NCBI GenBank assembly: GCA_000002435.2
Contig: CM018791.1
From: Giardia intestinalis
Lineage: Eukaryota
DNA length: 64,000 nt
Direction: 5' to 3' (one strand)
The translations under genes were made by a program, and so were the position numbers. Under the pieces are notes generated by a model that saw nothing but the letters and a program-made list of their open reading frames with translations, was not told where the DNA came from and ran no database searches. Positions 29,801-38,110 of this stretch are shown one piece after another. Within the stretch, counting starts at the first letter, position 1; each line of letters begins with the position of its first letter.

Positions 29801-32800
29801 GCACTTACCTCACCAAGCAAGAAGGCTATTAATGAACGTCGTGGATAGCAGCCGTACCTTGGACTATAGCGATTTCTTGTGTGCACGCACTGGTCGAGAA
29901 GCATCAGGCAGGTCTGTTAAAAAGTCAATCATGAACATGTTTTCTTCGGCCTTCTCTACTACCCCTACGGGTACTACTGCAGCCGAGTCATCAAGCCTCA
30001 CTTCCCACTTCAAGAGGCCTTCCAGCAAATTACCAACGGTTTGTTCCCAGCCAGGCTTGGAGCTATTATGTCCAGACCAGAAAGAACTTACTGCTTGTAC
30101 AGAGCTTGAAGTAAGCACCAGCTCTGATCTTCTATCTGCACGTACAGACCTTTCTACCATGTATAGTCACAGAAGCATATCACCAAGCAGTAAGCACGAG
30201 CTTGTTCCCCAATACGCCTTAGCTGAACCGGCAGCTGAGATGACTGACTCAAGTGTCACGAATCATGCAGCGCTTAGGTCGCAACCAAATCATGGTCTAT
30301 GTCCCAGGGATGTAGCAGCAGACTACGCTTATACTAGACCGCAAGGAGCGCTTATTAGCTTAAGCAGAGAGTGTTCTGAGCCGGACAGCATAAGAATTCT
30401 TGAGGCGCCCCTGCCCGTAGATTCTCGGAGGCATGTTCCGGACAAGTATGTCTCCACAGTAATGCAAGCCTTTCGAGGCTGTCTCCGACCGACGACATTC
30501 GCACTACATAGGGATGCCGCGTATAGTATCTACACCAGCATGAAAACCTTTATCAAAGAAGCCCAGAGGTTTTTAGCTACAGATGGAGCCACGAGTAACA
30601 CCTCATTTAATTTGAGCAAGATCTACCGCGATTTCGGGGACGAAATTTACCTTAAATCATCCAGACCCCTAGACTGTGAGAAGCTATGTACCAATACTTC
30701 AGCACCTGACAATTCAGTTGTGGCTACTCAAGGCTTCGTAGAAAATCAAGATCAGCTGGACCCCAAGCATACTCAGATTTGCCCTTCTAAATTGCCCATA
30801 AGAATTCAGTCATCAAAGATTCCAATCTTATCTCAACTTAAGTTTGTTCTTAAAAGCATGAGGAAAGACGGATACTATGACTTTTCAAAGCTTGTGGACA
30901 TTTATCAATGCCTTAGATTTGTAAGCATACACTACGATAAGCTGGCATATATGGATAGCTTTAATAAGTTATATAAACACGTAGAACTTTACGCACAAAA
31001 CTTAGCATACTACAACTATGGAGTGCAGGAGCTGGACCGTGGCCGCATTGCTTATAGCATAGGTGGCATGCTTTTGGATGCCGTGCTTGGAGACCTCGTT
31101 CAGTACACATTGCGATTGACAAAGAAACAGAGTGCACAGCACAGGCGCATGCTTTTAACAGAATCTAGCACTGGCGGTATTGCTGAGTCCAGCCTTGATT
31201 GCAAGGCTCAACATGCTGTAACGTCGATAAGCTCTACTGCACAGATGTGTGCCTCTGCGGGCGACCAGCATGGCACACCGAAGGACGAAGAGGGTCTTTC
31301 AGAACAAAGCATGCTTGCAGAGATTTATGTCGGCGGTGAGGCTTATCTCCATGCAACAATCAATTTGCTGCTCTCTCAGGACCATTTGCTGCCATTTTTA
31401 GCCAAAGAACGGTGTATAACCCGCAATATCTCGTATCTTGCCAATGTACACTTTGTTCTTTGGGAGCTGTCTAAGCCGGGGCTTGACCCAACTTACCTGA
31501 TGGAGACCTTCTTCTCTCCTGGAACAACGAGTGATATCTTTCAGCCTAACACGCATAATACCCAACCAATTGACCAACCAGAAACCCTCATACACCCCAT
31601 CCCACTCCAGTTTCTCAACGGACTCGTGAGCAAGTCCATACGGCAGGCACAGCAAAAGAAGACGTCTGAGCGACTTCTCTCAACGGTCTGCGTGTTGAGG
31701 CATGCCGATCGAACACCGAAGCAGAGGCTTAAATTCAGAGTCCAAGATGAACACCTAGTTGTTAGCATAATGGCAGAGCTCTCGTCAAGTCCAATTGCAC
31801 CGGCCGACGTTACTTTGTGGAGCGCTAATCACACGGATAAAAAGCTAATAGACGCCATATCTAAAATCATAGATGGACATATTGCTAGATTGGCCAGCTT
31901 ATGCTACGAAAGCGGCACTGGACCTGCAAGTTCGTCAAAGAGCGACCAGAACCTTCTAGCTAATCTGAATGATCTCTTGACAATTATAAGGAATAATCCA
32001 CCAGCACTAAAAATTCAGGTCAAGTTCCCTACACCATGGAAGGGTGTGAAGGTCCTTACACTAATTGCCAAGTATGGGGGATTATTAACTAAGATGGGGA
32101 CGATTCAAAGCCGACAGTGTGGCCAGCAGATTTTTAGAACCCTCGTTGACGATGTCCTTGACAACGAAGAGTCCAATCAGACCCCTGAGCAGCGCCTCAA
32201 TTATCTCCACTTCCTCATTCGTACTTGTAGGGTTTACTGCAATGATGAACCCCGAGTTCGAGAAACAGCAGAAGAGTGTGTGTCACGCATTGTTGAGTGC
32301 TGGAACTCTCACTTGGCTGGCGACAACAAAGATGGCATCATCCACTGGGACAAAACTAGCGTCACAGAACTCACAATGCTTTCAGAAGTGGACAAGTATG
32401 CACGATCACTGATAGACGATCAAAAGCGAACCCTTAACGAGGCTCTGACAAGCAGCGTTAATCTGTCAAACGCAAACCCCAGCACCCTGTCTCCAACGCT
32501 CCGGATGCTTCTCCGCAACATACCCCCCACAACCCAGGTGGAACTGCAAATACCAAGCCTCCGCTTGGGAACTCTTAAAGACTTACTTTTTAAATTGATT
32601 AGCGACTATGAGGAGTTCTTCCTCAACTCAAATGCAAATAATAAATCTTGCGGCGGAACCCCAGACGAAGTGGATAATGATAATGAGACCCCAGAAATTG
32701 TATTGCTCCGCATGCGCTCGATTGCCGAGAGTTTCTACAAACGCAAGGACGGGTCGTACGATGTAAGCAAGATATCGGATATTGTAGACCTTCTGCGCTA

Positions 32801-33383
32801 TGAAGTTCTTCAGCGACGAGCCATTCTAACAACGGATATTCAGAACACACTAAAGCAGGCCTGGGACGCGGCTAAGATATTAGCTAAAGTCACTGTTCAC
32901 CAGGAGTTTGGGCTGGCAGATCTCTGGAAGTTCGCCATTGCATCTCTAATCTGTAACGACTTGTTGAAGTATATTATCGATGATCTAAAAAGTCCGGGGT
33001 TGCTCTTCTACTTCACTTCTGAAAGCCATCTGCACGGGCTCCTAAACCTCCTATTATGCTCTCCTATCTCCAAGTGCCAGGTTGAGCGCGACTCTGTGTC
33101 TAGTGTAGACTTCTTATCGCATTTCATTTTTAAGGCGTACACAGACTCCAGCGATGGTAGATGTTCACGAATTGAGGTATACTGGAGTCGTGGCAGTGCA
33201 CACTCCCCCTACAAACTGGACACGTCGAGCTCAGAAAGCGTTCTGCGTGTCCAGGAGCCCATTCTAATGTCTGATATCTTGATTCCTAGCGATCTACAAG
33301 ATATGCTAGACAGTAGCAAAGATATCATTGATTTAATAAAAGCTAGAGACGCCGATCTGATGCCACTCTTGCCCACAATGTGA
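26832..33383 (+). CDS. Diphosphoinositol-pentakisphosphate / inositol-hexakisphosphate kinase (PPIP5K/Vip1 family), 2183 aa, with two tandem histidine-acid-phosphatase-like domains.
   Basis: The N-terminal ATP-grasp region aligns closely to PPIP5K. [16 protein letters not shown]...[26 protein letters not shown] matches IGVCAMDVKARSKPCRNIL...[31 protein letters not shown] matches [33 protein letters not shown] matches [23 protein letters not shown]. There are two RHxDR phosphatase motifs: [11 protein letters not shown] (nt 28302-28316) and [14 protein letters not shown] (nt 31698-31715). Each is followed by a KWGG/KYGG motif, as in the PPIP5K phosphatase-like domain. Confidence 0.9.
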   Translation: [2183 protein letters not shown]

Positions 33384-33411
33384 CAGATCAGACAAGTTGA
33401 TCCTTAACTCG

Positions 33412-36400
33412 TTAAGTTGCGAAGTCGACCCAATACTCGTCTAATTCTGCACTTGTCGGTATCTGCGTGCCAACCTCCATCACCTCTGCATCTGCTGGTC
33501 TTGCCATGGTCACAAACGGCAACCGGAGATTGACGTCCCCACAGGGGGCGATGCTTTCAACATATCTCTTGCACTGCTCGTAACGGCATCGGTGCCTGAG
33601 GGGAAAGTTTCCCTCACGAAACTGGAAGGGGAACCGTCGTGAAACCCAGCTCTTGAATAGCTCAAATGAGTACTCGTCCTTTCCGAATTCAGATGCTATG
33701 AATGCACTTTTCTGCTCCACAGCCTCTAACTTTATAAAGCAGTCCTTCTGTTCTATCTTAGAGATACACTCAGAGCAGACACACCTTCTACAGTAGTGGA
33801 TGTACGGCTGTCTGTTTGCTAGTTTAAACGACGACTGTGTGTAGTCCTCCACCATGTGTTGATACACTGTGTCTGGCTTATTGTGGTTGTGGATAGACGT
33901 CCCCGTGCTAGTACCTAGATCCTCAACAGTATAGGCTGTTGTAGCAGACACTGCGGAGGAGCGCATGCACTCATCCAGGTAGAGGGCGTTGAAATATCCG
34001 TCACTAGATTCATCATACTGGATTGTTACGTCAAACGACACCTGCTTATGATACGTGTTCATTTCCAAGAGAAAGCGTAGATCTTGGAGTTTGCCAACCT
34101 TATATATCTCTTCGGTTAACTCAAATGCCGAACCGTTCGCACCGAGGTACTTGCACCACTTATCCTTTTGCTGGAACTGCTTTATGGACATGATGCCTGG
34201 GAGCGATACTTCTGGCTTCCGCTGGTGTGAGCAACACAATGGAGTCAATGCTTCAGCAACTTTCTCCTTTATTGCTTTACGATATCTTGCCGAAGCACCT
34301 ATGTTAAGCCACGACAATTCAGCTATTGGTATAAGTGCCACGGGGGTGTTACCATTGGCATGAAAGTAAAACTTGAGACCAGCAGACAGAGGCACAGCTG
34401 TTTCAACAGACGGCTCGGTATCAAAGTGCTTATATGTTTCAAAGCATTCTTCAGACTCCGTGTCTAACTCTTGTATGCATACGGTGTTGGAGGTGCGGCG
34501 CTTGTCAAACACAGCCATGTAGCTGTTTGTTGAATGTTCCTCATTGAGATCTCGCGAAACCAGCGGTATCTCGTCATCCAGCTGCACTGAGCTGACCTTT
34601 TTGTTACTCATGGTTGCGCGTTTGACAAGTACGCTTCCAGACACCTCCGGTGCTTTTGAAGTTGTCTTTTCATTGGCAGCGCTCAATCCTTGTGGGAATA
34701 CAATGGTTGGGATCTGCGTGACGCTTGTCTGTTGTGATTTTAGAGACGCCAAAAGAGCATCGTTGATAATTTCACCTGTGGGTAGTTCCTTGAAGACGTC
34801 ACCTCCGCACGTATAACATGGAGATGCATGCCTAATGGTTACGTCATAGTTTGTATCAATATTGTCGCTTAGCTTAACCCGGCGCTCATTTTGACAAATA
34901 CAAATGCAGTGCGGCTCGACTTTGTCCACTATGGTAGTACCGAGAGGAGGGAGGATTGCTTGCTTGTTATTTAGAACATAGAGGATAGTAAGGAACTTCC
35001 CTATAACACCTATATTCTCTCTGTATTGGAGAAGAAGCCTGTCACCGCAGTATCCGAGAATCCTCGGTAGGGGGAGCGTAGGATAAGGAAGCAATTCAGC
35101 TGCACTTGAAACAGCATATATCTTTGCCAGCAAGCACCTGACAGAATAGGAATGAGATCCGAGAATGGCCTGTGTAGATGCTGTTGTTATCCGAATGTGA
35201 GACGACTGATTGGCGACATTTGTCGGCAACTCAGGGAACTCTCCCAGTATCATGCTTTGAAGAGAATTTAGGGTATCACGCTTATTAATTACAGCAGAAG
35301 CGTGGCCTGAAGGGGCTACTGCAGGCGTCACGCTGTGTCCTGGCGTCTCATCCATGTATGTCAAGAGCCCTGGTATATCTGTGGGTAGGTCACTCTGCTT
35401 TTGCGGGATGGCTTTGTTTGGGGACGACTGGGGATACACAGGAGTTTCATACTTATATTGACAAGAGTTTAGGGGTGGGGTTATTAATGATGCACTGTTA
35501 CGTTCCGTGTGTAGAGGAGATGTCAGCGTTACTTGTTGCACAATTGAATCCAGGTGAGCCTGATTTATTCCATCCATGATGCCACCGTCCTGGTAGCTTT
35601 TCCCGTCAACTGAAACCCTTGCCGCCTGCTCACTGGAGGGTAGCACGTGCCCGGATTCCTCTAGATTGATAAGTGAGTCGTTTGCATGAAAGAACTCAAA
35701 CAGGTCCTTTTCTTGTTTTGAAATTACCTGTACGCTCATTGATTGTCTGTTTGTGATACTGCTTAGCGTACTGGCTCCACTCATGCGTGCCTGATCTTTG
35801 TACATATCGCTCTGAAGTTCTTCATCATCGACATTAGCTGAAGAAGGGAGACAGCACTCTGCACTCGATCTCCTCATGTTGGGCAAGTTAGGAAATTGAG
35901 TTCCGTAAATAGCTGAATCTTTTTCTGATGCGGGCTTAGGTTTAGTAGCGAGAGGAGGGTTTAAGAGGAGAGCAGTGCCACTTAACTGTGAGATTTGACC
36001 GGATTGCACAAAACCGGATTGAAGCTCTTTCAACTCAGGAGTTGCACACAGTGTAGACGAAGCTTGTACTGCTTCCTGGGTAGTCAGCTCCACTGTAGGA
36101 CCAGATATCGCTGATTGTTGGTCAGGCAGAGTGGTAGAACCATCCAAGGGTTGATCCTGCCGATTTTTGTACACAACCACATCCTCCTGTGTTTTCTTCA
36201 GCCTGTCAATGGCCTTCTGCACAGAAGACCTTGTCTCATACCTCGACATAGCTTCTATATTGTCCATCTCTGGCTGAATACCTGAGATGAGCGCCAGGCG
36301 TGAGTGCAAACGTATCTCCTTCTCTGAAACTGGGAGCCAGCGAGGATCCATTTTGAGTATGTACTGTATGGTGCTGCTCCCGTTGTTAGAGACCTGAGCC

Positions 36401-37956
36401 ACGTTACCACACGTGTTACAGAAGCCGTTCTTGAAGAGACGGCCTTTACACATCTCACAGCGCATATCTTGATCTGATACTTTGACGAGATTTGCTCTGT
36501 TGGCCATTATGTTCGCCATTGCTGTCTTCCCATTCACAGAGTACATGGTCATATAACGTAGCCACAAGTCACAAAGATCCTTAGTCAGTACCTCTGCTGT
36601 GAAGCAATTTTGTCCTAGAGTAAATTCAATTGTCCGCTCACCTATTCGTGTAATCTTTAGATTGGTCGACGTCATGTCTATTTCGCCCTTCTGAACCATT
36701 GTGGACACATCAATATAAAAGAGTCGGGGAAAATCCGTAAGCACAAAACGACGTTGCTTGGGAAGCCGAAGCACGCGTCTTTTAACCACATCTATGCTGT
36801 ATATGATGTTCTCGCCAGGAATTAAAAATCTACGCAACGGAGAATCCTTGGAGCGATATTCGCTAGTATCTATCAAGTTCAGCATATTGGCTTGATCTGA
36901 ATTCATAATTTTAGGCACTTTCATGTGTTTAAACTCCTGCAGATCAGAAAATACAATGGAAGGATTGAAAGGAGGCATTTGGTTGTTGAGATTGGCGAAG
37001 TCCACGTTATGCTCAGTAAAAAACGGGTGCTTCTTAATGGCCCGCCAGCCACCGTTGAAGCGTTTAGTGGGGTCTTTTGTCAACAAGCGTTTTATTAAAT
37101 CTGCTGCATCAGGGCTCACGGTCTTCGGTACAATCACCTTTTGCTTCTCTATCGCCTGCATAATAGCAAGCTCAACGTCTCCCATGAAGGCAGGCATCCC
37201 TGTCAGACACTCATAAAGGATACACCCGAGACCCCAGACATCTTGAGGAGACATGTAGAGGAGACCATGCCTATTTGACTCTGGGGCGTTGTAGCAAACC
37301 GTGCCATATATGCTACATCTGGGCTGTTGGTCCATATTCTGCAGTTTCTTCTGCAAGGTACCCTGAGAATCATTACTTGCAGCTGCTGAAGAGGTAGACA
37401 TATAGGCAGAGGGTGGAAAAGACTTGGTGCCGATAGCCATAGACACCTCATCGAGAGGCAGCTGCTTAGAGGTCCCGAAGTCAGCAATACGAACATGTCC
37501 GCCACGGGTAAGAAGGATATTCGATGGCTTAATATCTCGGTGGCAGTATCCGATGCTGTGAAGGCCTTCTAACCCCAGAATGATTTCTGCAATTAAGAAC
37601 CGCGTCCAATCCTCAGGAAGCACACGGTAACATTTTATTAAGCTAGAAAGATCTCCCAGGCTTGCATACTCCAGGATAAGCGTTGTAAAATCGTTTTTGT
37701 CAGTCTTTGAATAGAGGCGAATTATATTGGTCAGGTTTTTGTTTTGCGCGGTCCTCAGTGCTACTACTTCCCGATCCAAGGTGTACAGAAGCTTGTCGTT
37801 CTCCAATGCTTTCCTATTAATTACCTTTAGCCCTACCTCCAAGCCTGTTTCTGCATCGATGGCGCGATATACTTTGCCGTAGCTTCCTTCTCCAAGGAAG
37901 TCTATAACATCAAATCCTGGAAAGTCGCCGGTTGTGCTCTGCTGTTCAAAAGGCAT
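33412..37956 (-). CDS. AGC-type Ser/Thr protein kinase, PDK1-like, 1514 aa. It has a kinase domain, a PDK1-type PH domain and a long C-terminal extension.
   Basis: ATG (cat) at 37954-37956 with AT-rich upstream aaaaattaaattgcacaATG. Kinase motifs GEGSYGKVY, HRDIKPSNILL, DFGTSK and APE are present (DFGTAK in PDK1). The segment RRVLRLPKQRRFVLTDFPRLFYIDVSTMVQKGEI...WLRYM resembles the PDK1 PH domain (RRQLLLTEGPHLYYVDPVNKVLKGEI...). The C-terminal region contains C-x2-C...C-x2-C (CEMCKGRLFKNGFCNTCGN). Confidence 0.8.
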   Translation of the reverse strand: MPFEQQSTTGDFPGFDVIDFLGEGSYGKVYRAIDAETGLEVGLKVINRKALENDKLLYTLDREVVALRTAQNKNLTNIIRLYSKTDKNDFTTLILEYASLGDLSSLIKCYRVLPEDWTRFLIAEIILGLEGLHSIGYCHRDIKPSNILLTRGGHVRIADFGTSKQLPLDEVSMAIGTKSFPPSAYMSTSSAAASNDSQGTLQKKLQNMDQQPRCSIYGTVCYNAPESNRHGLLYMSPQDVWGLGCILYECLTGMPAFMGDVELAIMQAIEKQKVIVPKTVSPDAADLIKRLLTKDPTKRFNGGWRAIKKHPFFTEHNVDFANLNNQMPPFNPSIVFSDLQEFKHMKVPKIMNSDQANMLNLIDTSEYRSKDSPLRRFLIPGENIIYSIDVVKRRVLRLPKQRRFVLTDFPRLFYIDVSTMVQKGEIDMTSTNLKITRIGERTIEFTLGQNCFTAEVLTKDLCDLWLRYMTMYSVNGKTAMANIMANRANLVKVSDQDMRCEMCKGRLFKNGFCNTCGNVAQVSNNGSSTIQYILKMDPRWLPVSEKEIRLHSRLALISGIQPEMDNIEAMSRYETRSSVQKAIDRLKKTQEDVVVYKNRQDQPLDGSTTLPDQQSAISGPTVELTTQEAVQASSTLCATPELKELQSGFVQSGQISQLSGTALLLNPPLATKPKPASEKDSAIYGTQFPNLPNMRRSSAECCLPSSANVDDEELQSDMYKDQARMSGASTLSSITNRQSMSVQVISKQEKDLFEFFHANDSLINLEESGHVLPSSEQAARVSVDGKSYQDGGIMDGINQAHLDSIVQQVTLTSPLHTERNSASLITPPLNSCQYKYETPVYPQSSPNKAIPQKQSDLPTDIPGLLTYMDETPGHSVTPAVAPSGHASAVINKRDTLNSLQSMILGEFPELPTNVANQSSHIRITTASTQAILGSHSYSVRCLLAKIYAVSSAAELLPYPTLPLPRILGYCGDRLLLQYRENIGVIGKFLTILYVLNNKQAILPPLGTTIVDKVEPHCICICQNERRVKLSDNIDTNYDVTIRHASPCYTCGGDVFKELPTGEIINDALLASLKSQQTSVTQIPTIVFPQGLSAANEKTTSKAPEVSGSVLVKRATMSNKKVSSVQLDDEIPLVSRDLNEEHSTNSYMAVFDKRRTSNTVCIQELDTESEECFETYKHFDTEPSVETAVPLSAGLKFYFHANGNTPVALIPIAELSWLNIGASARYRKAIKEKVAEALTPLCCSHQRKPEVSLPGIMSIKQFQQKDKWCKYLGANGSAFELTEEIYKVGKLQDLRFLLEMNTYHKQVSFDVTIQYDESSDGYFNALYLDECMRSSAVSATTAYTVEDLGTSTGTSIHNHNKPDTVYQHMVEDYTQSSFKLANRQPYIHYCRRCVCSECISKIEQKDCFIKLEAVEQKSAFIASEFGKDEYSFELFKSWVSRRFPFQFREGNFPLRHRCRYEQCKRYVESIAPCGDVNLRLPFVTMARPADAEVMEVGTQIPTSAELDEYWVDFAT

Positions 37957-38110
37957 CTGTGCAATTTAATTTTTGAGACGATCTTCTCAGTGGTGCATGG
38001 TAGATGTTTGCAGAGCCACGCCACTATGAGGACAAATGAGTAAGAATGGCAAAAGCTATCCACGCTGAGTACAAATCCAAGTATGAAGAACTATGATTCG
38101 AGAGTGCAAT

